A stretch of 64,000 bases of DNA from Dehalococcoidia bacterium (GTDB lineage Bacteria > Chloroflexota > Dehalococcoidia > UBA2979), in the NCBI GenBank assembly GCA_045562675.1, contig JBJKVL010000008.1, positions 67,775 to 131,774 of the forward strand, in the 5' to 3' direction. Of this stretch, positions 1 through 9,962 are shown piece after piece. The translations under genes and the position numbers were made by a program. Within the stretch, counting starts at the first letter, position 1. The number at the start of each line of letters is the position of its first letter. The notes under the pieces are model-generated. The model searched no databases, was not told where the DNA came from, and saw only the letters and a list, made by a program, of their open reading frames with translations.

Positions 1-174
1 CAGTTGCATAGAGAATATTCTAAGAAACATGGTTTCTCTTTTTATGAATTTGAAAACTCATCTTTATCCTATGACATTGATCAATTTGATGATCTTGAAC
101 TAGAAAATAAACTTCCTATTGGTAAAAAGACTCAATTGGTAATTGATGAAATTATGCATTATAATAAAGATTAA
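1..174 (+). CDS. 3' end of an unidentified CDS entering from upstream of the window
   Basis: Frame 1 is open from base 1 to TAA at 172-174 (...QLVIDEIMHYNKD*). The 57 visible residues contain no recognisable motif. Confidence 0.3.
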   Translation, partial: QLHREYSKKHGFSFYEFENSSLSYDIDQFDDLELENKLPIGKKTQLVIDEIMHYNKD

Positions 175-197
175 TATACAGGCGGAGGTGCTTTCTA

Positions 198-1139
198 ATG
201 ATTATAGACATGCATGTTCATGTATGGGATGAAGGATATCAGCCTAAAGGATACAAATTTGGTATGGCAAAAAATGCTGCATTCAAAAAATTACCATTTA
301 GAGATCCGAAAGAAATTCTTCCTAAAGTAATGTCAGGTGCCAGCGATCCAAGTGGCAAGCTCTTAATTGATGAAATAGATGCTCTAGGCATTGATGCAGT
401 TGTTGCCATGATTGTAGATATGGGTTTGGCATTTAATGAAGAACAAGAAACGCCTATTGAAGAAGTTATTGAAAACCATGCAGAGTTAATTCAAAAATAT
501 CAAGGTAAATTTTTTGCATTTTTTGGTATGGATCCAAGAAGAAAGGGACATCTAAAATTATTTGAGGATGCTATAAAGAATAAGGGATTTTCTGGCCTTA
601 AGCTCTACCCTCCTTGCGGTTTTACCCCTGATGATTCAATTTGTTTTGACTATTATGAAAAATGCATAGAATTAGACATACCTGTTTTGTTTCATACAGC
701 TAATACGTTTCCCCCCTTAGATCCTGGGCTTTCACATCCAGCTTATTTATCAAAGGTCTCTAGTTTATATCCTGATTTGAAAGTGATATACGGACATGTT
801 GGCCGACCTTTTTGGTGGAAAGATATATTGCAGATTTCTGAATCAAATACAAATGCCTATTTAGAACTTAGTGGATGGAATCATGTTGCTAACAAAGATC
901 CAAAAAAATTTGCTATAATTTTAAGAGAGATGATTGATACAGTTGGTCCTCATAGAATTTTGATGGGCAGCGATTTTTCAGCAGGACCTAAAACTATCGG
1001 TGAACGTAATAGGTTACCAGCTTGGTTAAACTATTTACGAACATTACCTGATATGAGTAGTCAATATAATGTAAATTTCACTTCAGAAGAAATTGATTTA
1101 ATTATGGGCGATAATGCACAGAATATTTTAAAAATATAA
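198..1139 (+). CDS. Amidohydrolase-2 family metal-dependent hydrolase/decarboxylase (TIM barrel)
   Basis: N-terminal MIIDMHVHVW (HxH metal motif). Later His/Asp positions (FHTAN, YGHVG, MGSDF) are typical of the amidohydrolase_2 fold. SD GGAGG lies upstream of the ATG. Confidence 0.75.
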   Translation: MIIDMHVHVWDEGYQPKGYKFGMAKNAAFKKLPFRDPKEILPKVMSGASDPSGKLLIDEIDALGIDAVVAMIVDMGLAFNEEQETPIEEVIENHAELIQKYQGKFFAFFGMDPRRKGHLKLFEDAIKNKGFSGLKLYPPCGFTPDDSICFDYYEKCIELDIPVLFHTANTFPPLDPGLSHPAYLSKVSSLYPDLKVIYGHVGRPFWWKDILQISESNTNAYLELSGWNHVANKDPKKFAIILREMIDTVGPHRILMGSDFSAGPKTIGERNRLPAWLNYLRTLPDMSSQYNVNFTSEEIDLIMGDNAQNILKI

Positions 1140-1156
1140 TAACTATAGGAGATAAT

Positions 1157-2209
1157 ATGAGACCATCAATTCAATTAATTGGCCCAAGGCCAGCTAAAAT
1201 CGGAGAATTAGCTGTTAAGGCTGAGGCTGCAGGCTTTGAAGCAGCTGGCTTGCCTTCTCCCTATGGTTTTTATACAGGGATGGGAGTGCTTGCTGAAGCT
1301 ACTAATGAAATACTACTCGCAAGTAGTATTTTACCTTTATTTCATGCTTCACCATACATGCATGCTGCTTCATCAATAATGATGCAAGAAGTTACAAATG
1401 GTAGATTTATTTTAGGTGTGGGTTCTCAAACTAAAGGACAAGTTAGAACCCAAGTAGGCATTGACCCAGAAAGTCCAGCAAAAATGGCTAGAGACATGGT
1501 ACTTGCTATCCAAAGCCTAATGAATGGGGAAGGTCATTACGAAGGTGAATATTATAAATTGAATACAGGCCCACGTCTTGTGATACATGCAACAGGGAAA
1601 AAACCACCTCCTATATACTTTTCTGGGGTAAACGCATTGATGTTAGGTTTATCTGGAGAATTATGTGATGGAATGCTTGCACATCCAATTTTTTCTAAAA
1701 AAGATTTTGAGGACGTAGTGTGGCCGCTTGTTGATAAAGGCTTAAAAAAGTCTAATAAGCAAAGGGATGATTTTAAAATGTGTGCACTACCAATGATTTG
1801 GGTGCTTGGAGAAGGAACCGATAGAGCGGAAGCATACAGTAGAGGGAAAAGAAATTTGGCTAATTATTTTAGTACTAAGGCATATAGTGGATATATGGAT
1901 TCCCATGGATGGTCAAAAGAGAAAGAACAAATTCGTGAAGTATGGTTAGATGCAATGAAATCAGGTAAGCCAATAGATGGCGATATGATGGAGGATATCC
2001 TTTCAGAAGATATTGTTGATGAAGTTTGTATTATTGGTGATCCTCAAGAAGTTAGAGAAAAAGTTATTGAACGATATGATGGGCTTGCGGATTCATTATA
2101 TTTTTATGCTTTTCATGATTCTTTTCCTACTCGCAGTGATGAGGAAGAAGGAATCAAAGTAGAACAAAATTTGTTACGAGTTATTGATGCTTTCAAAGAT
2201 TTTAAATAG
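1157..2209 (+). CDS. LLM-class (luciferase-like) F420/flavin-dependent oxidoreductase
   Basis: 350 aa with luciferase-like TIM-barrel pattern (GRFILGVGSQ, PPPIYFSGVN). Lies 17 nt after the upstream gene, with SD AGGAG. Confidence 0.7.
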   Translation: MRPSIQLIGPRPAKIGELAVKAEAAGFEAAGLPSPYGFYTGMGVLAEATNEILLASSILPLFHASPYMHAASSIMMQEVTNGRFILGVGSQTKGQVRTQVGIDPESPAKMARDMVLAIQSLMNGEGHYEGEYYKLNTGPRLVIHATGKKPPPIYFSGVNALMLGLSGELCDGMLAHPIFSKKDFEDVVWPLVDKGLKKSNKQRDDFKMCALPMIWVLGEGTDRAEAYSRGKRNLANYFSTKAYSGYMDSHGWSKEKEQIREVWLDAMKSGKPIDGDMMEDILSEDIVDEVCIIGDPQEVREKVIERYDGLADSLYFYAFHDSFPTRSDEEEGIKVEQNLLRVIDAFKDFK

Positions 2210-2216
2210 GCAATAG

Positions 2217-3005
2217 TTGATGGTTACAAAGAATATTAATATTCATAATGAATTTGATATGAGTTATATCGACACTGGCGCAGTGCAATCTGGAAGAGAG
2301 TTGGTATTAATTCATGGTTGGTGTTCTAATAAGTTTCATTGGAATCCTCAAATAGATTTTTTTAAAAATGGTTTTCGAGTTATTGCAATGGACTTAAGAG
2401 GACATGGTGCATCATCAGCACCAGATGGCGGATATTCATTTAGTAACTTTGCGAGTGATATCAATTATTTACTTAATGACTTGGGTGTTAAACACCCAAT
2501 TATTTTTGGTCATTCTATGGGAGGTGCTATTGCGATTCACTTAGCAGTTGTTTTTGGTCATAATGCAAAAGGGCTGGTTATGGTAGATGGTTCTTTGAAT
2601 ATTGCCGAGCATGAAAGTAAAATTGAAAGCAATGATCGCATACGTAATTTCAAGCAAAATGATTCTAGTTCAGAAATTGCTGATAGATATGGAAGTTTTT
2701 TTTCTCATATGAACGATGCATCATTAGGCAAGATGATAATCAAAGATGCCGTTAAAACACCAGAACATGTTGCATATGCATCTTTATTAGCTTTGTATAG
2801 AGATGACGTGATCAATGTTGGTAAATCAATCAAAGTTCCAGCACTATATATTGCAAATGCTTATAGCCCAAGAAGTTCAGAAGAAGTAAAAAAATTTGTT
2901 CCAAATAGTAATTTTGCTCAAGTTGTACATGCTGGACATTTTTTGCACCTAGAGGATATTGAACAAGCAAATGCCATGTTAAATAACTTTGTGAATAACA
3001 TTTAA
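2217..3005 (+). CDS. Alpha/beta-fold hydrolase with intact Ser-Asp-His triad
   Basis: HGW oxyanion region, nucleophile elbow GHSMGG, C-terminal HAGHFLHLED. TTG at 2217 is followed directly by ATG at 2220, so the start is ambiguous by 3 nt. Confidence 0.8.
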   Translation: MMVTKNINIHNEFDMSYIDTGAVQSGRELVLIHGWCSNKFHWNPQIDFFKNGFRVIAMDLRGHGASSAPDGGYSFSNFASDINYLLNDLGVKHPIIFGHSMGGAIAIHLAVVFGHNAKGLVMVDGSLNIAEHESKIESNDRIRNFKQNDSSSEIADRYGSFFSHMNDASLGKMIIKDAVKTPEHVAYASLLALYRDDVINVGKSIKVPALYIANAYSPRSSEEVKKFVPNSNFAQVVHAGHFLHLEDIEQANAMLNNFVNNI

Positions 3006-4522
3006 AATGACTGAGTACATTGCTCAGTCATTGTTTGCAAATCTTTTATGTTTGTAATTGCAACTTTTTTCGATATTTTAGTTAAGTATTCTGAATCATT
3101 TTTTAATTGAGCAGCAGCAATATCACTAAATGAAAAGTTATAGTTAGGAATTTTGGCTTTGTTCATTTTTATATTATCGATAAAGATAAAGTGAATACCT
3201 GTTTTGCCTCCTTTATGTAATTGTCCAACAGAATGCAGATAACGTGGCGCGTAGTGAATATTAACTGGTATTTGCAATAATGACTCTAATATTCTTTTTT
3301 GCTCATTAAGCAGGGATTGATATTTTTTGCTTTTTTTTCCAAAGGAAAGCAAATGTAAGCAACTACCATTTTTAATAGTTTCCTGAATAAATTCCAGGTT
3401 TAATGAGTAATCACTTTGATTTGAATTCACTCTAGTGACTGTACTAGGATCTATTTTTACTTTCTCTACATCTGGCTGATCAAAAGCATTGATGCCTAAT
3501 AATTGACCGCTGTAAGCAATAGCAACTTGCCATATATAGATTTGTTGACCAATGTCTAAAATATTATCTAATTTCATATTCAATACAGGGCAATCAAATG
3601 TTTCATGGATTGGTTCTAAATAATTAATAATTATTGATTTGGTTTGCAAGTTTGCTGCTCTATTAATATCACAGCAAATAATTGGGGTAATACCAGTACC
3701 GTTTTTGCCGAGTGACTCAGCAATCATCTGCTCAATCCATTTTGCAAAAAATAATAAGTTATCAGGAATGATAATGATAATATTATTGAAATCTTCATTG
3801 ATAGCATTTGCTATATATTTTCCAAGTGATGCAGGTGCTGCATCCTGAAAACTAATTGAGCAGGCGTCCTTTGCTTTTATTGCACCATGCATCACTTTGT
3901 TCATATCAATATCCATTAATAAAGCTGGGATAATACCTAAGTAGGACAGTGATGCAAATCGACCACCAATATTTTTAGGACATTCAAAAATTTTAAGAAA
4001 TTGATTCTTGGTAGCATGCTCATATAATTTTGACTCTGATTCAGTAATGGCAATATAGTTTGCTCCTGATGGAAAGTGTTTCCAGAAAAAATGTAATTGG
4101 CTTAGTACTTCAATAGTACTTCCAGATTTACTCATCACGACAAATAGTGTATTTTCAATAGTTATTTCTTTTGCAATTACAGAAAGTTCATCAATGTCAA
4201 TACTATCGATAATTTCGTATTGTTGGTTATTCGATGCATGTTGCATGTTTGACAACATTTCGGCTGTAATAGTAGCACCACCAATACCTAAAAAAATAAT
4301 CTTAGAAAAATTTCTAATATCTTGTTCAATAATGAATTTTTTAACTTCATTAACTACTTTCGTGTTGTTTGGGGCATCAAACCAGCCAAGGTCTTTTGTA
4401 TTTTTTTGATCTTGCTTACTCAAAATTTCATAAAAATTTTTTTGCAGCAAGTCCTTTTTATTTGTCAAAGAGGTCTCTACTTTTTTTATAATTAAATTTT
4501 TAGCTTGCTTGTTGTATTTCAT
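3002..4522 (-). CDS. pgi: Glucose-6-phosphate isomerase
   Basis: SIS-domain motifs GIGGATITAEM, SKSGSTIE, NIGGRFASLSYLG. Last gene of a tkt-tal-pgi same-strand run. Confidence 0.8.
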   Translation of the reverse strand: MKYNKQAKNLIIKKVETSLTNKKDLLQKNFYEILSKQDQKNTKDLGWFDAPNNTKVVNEVKKFIIEQDIRNFSKIIFLGIGGATITAEMLSNMQHASNNQQYEIIDSIDIDELSVIAKEITIENTLFVVMSKSGSTIEVLSQLHFFWKHFPSGANYIAITESESKLYEHATKNQFLKIFECPKNIGGRFASLSYLGIIPALLMDIDMNKVMHGAIKAKDACSISFQDAAPASLGKYIANAINEDFNNIIIIIPDNLLFFAKWIEQMIAESLGKNGTGITPIICCDINRAANLQTKSIIINYLEPIHETFDCPVLNMKLDNILDIGQQIYIWQVAIAYSGQLLGINAFDQPDVEKVKIDPSTVTRVNSNQSDYSLNLEFIQETIKNGSCLHLLSFGKKSKKYQSLLNEQKRILESLLQIPVNIHYAPRYLHSVGQLHKGGKTGIHFIFIDNIKMNKAKIPNYNFSFSDIAAAQLKNDSEYLTKISKKVAITNIKDLQTMTEQCTQSF

Positions 4523-4539
4523 TCAATGCCTAGTTTCGA

Positions 4540-5616
4540 CTAATTAGTATATTGTTCAATGCTTTCCATTAATGAATTGAAATCATTTTCAAATGCTGTT
4601 AGTCCGTCTTTTAGTAATTGAGAAGTGATTTCTTGTAGAGAAATTCCCTCTTTTTCTAAATTATCAAGAGCAGAGATTGCATCTTGAATTTTTTGGTTAT
4701 CAATATTAATTGGAGTTTCTCCATGATCAAAAAATGCGAGAAGTGTTTTTTCTGGTAGGGTATTTACTGTCTGATTAGCAAAGAGTTCTTGCACATATAA
4801 TATATCTGAATAGTCAGGATTTTTTGTACTTGTTGATGCCCATAGTGGTCGTTGTGGCATAGCACCTTTCAAAACAAGTCGTTCCCATTTATCTCCTGAA
4901 AATAGCTCTTGAAATCCTTTGTACGCTTTGACGGCATTTGCAACAGCAATTTTCCCTTTTAAGTTTGCATTGTCATGCATCTGGTCTGCGACAGTATCAA
5001 TTCTAGAAACAAAAAAAGATGCCACACTTGCAACATGATCAATGGGGTCGTTGTTATTATTACGCTTTTCTAAAGCTTCAATATAGGTGCTAGCAAATTG
5101 TAAATAAATCTTATAGTCGAAAAGTAAGGTAATATTTACATTGATACCTGCAATAATTAATTCAGAAAATATCCTTAGCCCACTTTGTGTTCCTGGAACT
5201 TTTATCATTATATTGGGCATATTAATTTTGTTATATATATTTTTTGCTTCAGTAATGGAGGTAGTTACATCATTAGCGATACTTGGAGGTAGCTCAATAG
5301 AAACATAGCCATCTTGTTTATCTGTTGTTTCATAAACTGGAATAAATAATGAAGCAGCATCTTTTATATCTTGTGTTGCTATGTCAATAAAACCCAAATA
5401 TGGGTCGCTAATTCCTTTCTCTTTTAGTGCCTCTAATTCGTGAGAGTAGTAATTTGTTTTCGTAATAGCTTGCAAGAAAATACTTGGATTTGATGTAAGG
5501 CCTTTTAATCCAAAATTCTTAATATATTTGTCTAAAGTGCCTGAATTAATTAATTCTCTATCAATATAATCTAACCAAAAACTTTGACCTGATTTTGCTA
5601 TGAGATCTTTGTCCAA
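4540..5616 (-). CDS. tal: Transaldolase
   Basis: SFWLDYIDR, LTSNPSIF, IMIKVPGT (Schiff-base Lys region). 358 aa. Confidence 0.85.
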   Translation of the reverse strand: MDKDLIAKSGQSFWLDYIDRELINSGTLDKYIKNFGLKGLTSNPSIFLQAITKTNYYSHELEALKEKGISDPYLGFIDIATQDIKDAASLFIPVYETTDKQDGYVSIELPPSIANDVTTSITEAKNIYNKINMPNIMIKVPGTQSGLRIFSELIIAGINVNITLLFDYKIYLQFASTYIEALEKRNNNNDPIDHVASVASFFVSRIDTVADQMHDNANLKGKIAVANAVKAYKGFQELFSGDKWERLVLKGAMPQRPLWASTSTKNPDYSDILYVQELFANQTVNTLPEKTLLAFFDHGETPINIDNQKIQDAISALDNLEKEGISLQEITSQLLKDGLTAFENDFNSLMESIEQYTN

Positions 5617-5629
5617 TACAACTCCTCAA

Positions 5630-7630
5630 TTAATTATTTTCAATAACCTCTAATATTTTATTTACTAAATTTTCTGTACTAAACCCAAAATGTCTAAATA
5701 AATCTTCTGCTGGTCCAGATGCTCCAAAGTCACTCATTGCAATAATATTATCATCATTTAGCACATATTTATGCCAGCCCATACTTGAACCTGCTTCTAT
5801 AGCTACTCTTTCTTTAATGTTCTTTGGGAGAATAGATTCTTTATATTCATCGTCTTGTTCTTCAAAAATTTCCCAGCTTGGCATACTTACAACTCGAGCT
5901 CGAATATCTTTTTTCCCTAGAACAATTTGAGCATTTTGAGCAATCTCAACTTCAGAACCAGATGCAAGTATAATGATATCTGGCTCATCTTCATGATCAA
6001 CAATAATATATGCACCACGTGATACACCTAATTTTGCCTGCTCTTTAGTAGCGATTGTTTGTATTTTTTGTCTTGTAAGTACAATTGCTGAAGGATTATT
6101 TCTTTTGAAGGATTGCTCCCAACATGCAATAGTTTCATTAGCATCAGCTGGTCTATATACATCCAATCTCGGTATTGCTCGTAGTGAAGCTAAATGTTCA
6201 ACTGGTTGATGTGTTGGTCCATCCTCTCCTAAGCCAATGCTATCATGTGTAAAAACTAATTTAATAGGTAAATTTTGCAGTGCAGCCAATCTGATTGCTG
6301 GTTTCATATAATCGGAAAAAACTAAAAAAGTTCCTGCATAAGGATTCAGTCCACCATGCAAACAAATTCCATTCATGATATTTCCCATGGCATGTTCACG
6401 AACACCAAAATGGATATTACTTCCAGTACTTGATGCATTTAAATAGTCACCCTTGTTCTTAAGAACTGTATTATTTGACGGGCCAAGATCAGCAGAGCCA
6501 CCTATTAAATTTGGTAAAAAATCAGAAATATAATTTAAAAAATCACCAGATGCTGATCGAGTGGCGATCATTTCATCTATTTCATAACTTGGTGTACTAT
6601 CCATCCAATCATGTGACTCTTGGGATGAAAATAATTTTGACCATCCTTCATAGATCTTTGGATAACTTTTTATAAATTGATTCAATTGTTTATTCCATGC
6701 CAATTCTGCATTTACACCATTTTGCTTAATGATGTCAAAATGATTAATAACTTCATCTGAGACATGGAATTCACTATTAACATCCCATCCCAAGTTTTCT
6801 TTAGTTAATTGAACTTCATCTTCGCCAAGTGCTGCTCCATGTGCATCAGCACTTCCACTTTTATTTGGACTGCCATCTGCAATAATTGTGGGCACAATAA
6901 TTAATGATGGTTTTTGAGTTTCACTTTTTGCTGTATTAATTGCTTTATCTATTTCATTAATATTATTGCCATCTTTAACTTTTACTACATGCCAGCCATA
7001 TGCTTCAAATCGTTTATCAACTTTTTCTCTGAATGTTAAATCAGTGCTTCCCTCTATAGATATTTTGTTATCGTCATACATATAAATAATTTTTCCTAAT
7101 TGAAGCGTGCCTGCAAGTGATGCTGCCTCTGATGCTACTCCCTCCATTAAATCGCCATCACTAACAATGCCATATGTATAATGATTTATGATTTGGTTAT
7201 CTGATTGGTTGATATTATTTGATAAAAATGATTCTGCAATTGCCATGCCAATACCCATTGCAAACCCCGCACCTAGTGGCCCAGTTGTAAGTTCGACTCC
7301 AGGAGTAATACCATATTCAGGATGACCAGGCGTCTTACTATCTAATTGACGAAAGCTTTTAATGTCGTCAAGACTTAACTCGTATCCAGATAAAAATAAA
7401 AGTGAATATAGCAACATAGATGCATGACCAGGTGAAAGTATAAATCTATCTCTGTTTATCCATTCTGGATTTTCTGGATTATGGTTTAGGTGATTCATCC
7501 ATAATGTGTACGCCATTGGTGCCATCCCCATTGGCGCTCCAGGATGACCTGAATTTGCTTTTTGTACTGCGTCTACAGCCAGCATTTTTATCGTTTTTAT
7601 AGATAGATTTTGAATGTCATTATTTTTCAT
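5630..7630 (-). CDS. tkt: Transketolase
   Basis: 666 aa. [23 protein letters not shown]-like [10 protein letters not shown] ThDP motif, [15 protein letters not shown]. Confidence 0.95.
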   Translation of the reverse strand: MKNNDIQNLSIKTIKMLAVDAVQKANSGHPGAPMGMAPMAYTLWMNHLNHNPENPEWINRDRFILSPGHASMLLYSLLFLSGYELSLDDIKSFRQLDSKTPGHPEYGITPGVELTTGPLGAGFAMGIGMAIAESFLSNNINQSDNQIINHYTYGIVSDGDLMEGVASEAASLAGTLQLGKIIYMYDDNKISIEGSTDLTFREKVDKRFEAYGWHVVKVKDGNNINEIDKAINTAKSETQKPSLIIVPTIIADGSPNKSGSADAHGAALGEDEVQLTKENLGWDVNSEFHVSDEVINHFDIIKQNGVNAELAWNKQLNQFIKSYPKIYEGWSKLFSSQESHDWMDSTPSYEIDEMIATRSASGDFLNYISDFLPNLIGGSADLGPSNNTVLKNKGDYLNASSTGSNIHFGVREHAMGNIMNGICLHGGLNPYAGTFLVFSDYMKPAIRLAALQNLPIKLVFTHDSIGLGEDGPTHQPVEHLASLRAIPRLDVYRPADANETIACWEQSFKRNNPSAIVLTRQKIQTIATKEQAKLGVSRGAYIIVDHEDEPDIIILASGSEVEIAQNAQIVLGKKDIRARVVSMPSWEIFEEQDDEYKESILPKNIKERVAIEAGSSMGWHKYVLNDDNIIAMSDFGASGPAEDLFRHFGFSTENLVNKILEVIENN

Positions 7631-7756
7631 AGTTTATTGTCACTGAGATTATTTATTATCTTTACTAAAAAAATTAACTAAATATCATAATAGTAGATTG
7701 TGGTAACGAATACATCTATTCAGAGCTGTAAAAAGTAGTTTTTCATATCTATTACA

Positions 7757-7764
7757 TGTATAAT
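7757..7764 (+). promoter_or_regulatory. Candidate extended -10 promoter element (TGTATAAT) for the 7817 gene
   Basis: TGnTATAAT match about 53 nt upstream of the ATG in a 186-nt divergent intergenic region. Consensus match only. Confidence 0.3.
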
Positions 7765-7816
7765 GCTAGAGCTGCAGCATCATTTGTGATTAATTATTTT
7801 TTCAAGAGAGGCGAAA

Positions 7817-8617
7817 ATGACAACGAGAGGTTACTTTAATTTTAAATGGGGCCAATTGCATTATCGTTCAGTTAATTTAGGCAGCGAGCTGCCTCTGATA
7901 GTGATGATGCATCAATCTCCGCTATCTTCCAGGAACTATGAAGCAGTTTTGCCTTACTTGGCAGAAAAGTTTCAAGTCATAGCAATAGATACTCCTGGCT
8001 TCGGTAATTCAGACCCTCTCACTATAAATTGGGAAGTTAAAGATTATGCAAATTTAGCATTTGAATGCGCTGATCAACTGGATCAAGATACATTTCATAT
8101 GTTTGGTCGTGCAACTGGATCTGTGTTTGCGCTTGAAGCTTTATTATCAAATTCAAACAGGATTAACAAGCTAATTTTACATGGAATTCCTGTATATACT
8201 CCTGAAGAACGAGAGCAACGTTTAGCAGACTTCGCTCCGCCTTATGAAGTATCAGATGATGGCAGTCATTTACAATGGATATGGGACAGAATACATAATG
8301 AATATCCTTGGATTGATGCCGAGCTTGCGACAAATAACTTAAAGGACTTTTTAGATTGTGGCCCAGATTTTGCGGCATCCTACAGAGCAATCTGGCGTCA
8401 TGATTTACCTGTCCGTGTTAGTGAAACAATCAATTCTATAGTCAATCCCATCCTGCTAATTGCTGGTGAGAATGATAGAATTGGCTTTATGCACGAACGT
8501 GCTGAAAAGCTCTTGCCAAATGCTGAAGTTGAATTTATAAAAAATGCCACTGATTTTATTGCTGAGCAAAATCCAAAACTTTTTTCAGAAATATTAATCA
8601 ATTTTCTAAAGAATTAA
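7817..8617 (+). CDS. Alpha/beta-hydrolase-fold protein lacking the canonical Ser nucleophile and His
   Basis: Fold landmarks are present (IVMMHQSPLSS, VIAIDTPGFGNSD, LLIAGENDRI). The nucleophile elbow reads FGRATGS (Ala where Ser/Asp is expected). The C-terminal GH position reads NATDF. Confidence 0.7.
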   Translation: MTTRGYFNFKWGQLHYRSVNLGSELPLIVMMHQSPLSSRNYEAVLPYLAEKFQVIAIDTPGFGNSDPLTINWEVKDYANLAFECADQLDQDTFHMFGRATGSVFALEALLSNSNRINKLILHGIPVYTPEEREQRLADFAPPYEVSDDGSHLQWIWDRIHNEYPWIDAELATNNLKDFLDCGPDFAASYRAIWRHDLPVRVSETINSIVNPILLIAGENDRIGFMHERAEKLLPNAEVEFIKNATDFIAEQNPKLFSEILINFLKN

Positions 8618-8662
8618 TTAGAAACTATTTCTTCATAGAATCTGTTTTAGTAGCATGCAAGT

Positions 8663-9961
8663 ATGCAAAAAAATAATATTAATTTACCAATCACATATAC
8701 TAAGCTATCAAATGGCCTGCGTGCAGTAGTTGCTCAAGATCACAGCTCGCCAGTTGCTACAGTCGCAGTGTTTTATCAAGTTGGTTTTAGAAGTGAAATA
8801 AAAGGACGCACAGGATTTGCTCATTTATTTGAACATTTAATGTTTCAGGGAACAAAAAATATACCAAAAAATAAGTTTATTAAACTTATTGAAGAAACAG
8901 GCGGCATTGTTAATGGCACAACACAACCAGATTTTACAAATTACTTTGAGACTTTGCCTGCACAAGCAGTAGACATGGCGCTATGGATTGAATTTGAGAG
9001 AATGATCAATCCTAAAATTACACAAAGTGAACTTAATAATCAAAGAGACGTAGTAAAAAATGAGATTAAAGTCAATGTCCTAAATAGGCCGTATGGAGGA
9101 TTTCCTTGGATCGATATGTCAGAAAAAGCATTTACCAATTGGCAAAATAATCATAATGGATATGGTGACATGGATGATTTAAGCGCAGCAAGTATTATCG
9201 ATGTGAAAAGTTTTTATACCGACTATTATAATCCTTCAAATGCAACGATTGTAGTAACTGGTGATGTTGATCCAAATCATGTTATTAAAAAAATTGAAGA
9301 ATTATTTTCTCAAATACCTCAAAGTGAATTAATACCAAGCCCTGATTTAACAGAGCCTGAGCAGAAAAAAGAAAATAGACATCATAGAATCGATCGTTTG
9401 GCACCAAAACCTGCTATGTGTATTGCATATCATGCTCCTCCAAGGATGTCCAATGATTTTTTTGCACTTGGTTTATTTGATCAGATGTTTGTTCAGGGAG
9501 AAGATAGTTTGCTAAATAAATCTTTAGTGAGAGAAAAAGGAATTACAGAAGATATTTTTGGTGGTATAACATTTGAAGGCAATATGTTTACATCTAAAGA
9601 TCCTATGTTATGGCATTTCTCGATGATTTATGATGAATTAAATTCATCTGAACATATAATTAAGCTTGTTGATCAATTACTCAATACCTCGAAAGATAAG
9701 AACAATATTGCTAAATTACTTCCAGTAGCACGAACGAAAATTGACTCATCCTTATTTCATGTTTTACAACGTGGCCCATACAAAGGAATAGGTTTAGCAG
9801 AAATGCTTGCTGCTTTTTCCTTTTACGATGATAATCCATTTTTAATTAATGAAATTCAAGATAGATTTTATGATATTGATTCTGAGCAGATTTTCAATGT
9901 CATTGACAATTATCTTAATAAAGCAAATAGAAACATTCTATTTGTGAAACCTGGAGTATGA
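8663..9961 (+). CDS. M16 (pitrilysin) family zinc peptidase, catalytic subunit
   Basis: Inverted zinc motif HLFEHLMFQGT (HxxEH). 432 aa. Confidence 0.85.
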   Translation: MQKNNINLPITYTKLSNGLRAVVAQDHSSPVATVAVFYQVGFRSEIKGRTGFAHLFEHLMFQGTKNIPKNKFIKLIEETGGIVNGTTQPDFTNYFETLPAQAVDMALWIEFERMINPKITQSELNNQRDVVKNEIKVNVLNRPYGGFPWIDMSEKAFTNWQNNHNGYGDMDDLSAASIIDVKSFYTDYYNPSNATIVVTGDVDPNHVIKKIEELFSQIPQSELIPSPDLTEPEQKKENRHHRIDRLAPKPAMCIAYHAPPRMSNDFFALGLFDQMFVQGEDSLLNKSLVREKGITEDIFGGITFEGNMFTSKDPMLWHFSMIYDELNSSEHIIKLVDQLLNTSKDKNNIAKLLPVARTKIDSSLFHVLQRGPYKGIGLAEMLAAFSFYDDNPFLINEIQDRFYDIDSEQIFNVIDNYLNKANRNILFVKPGV

Positions 9962-9962
9962 A

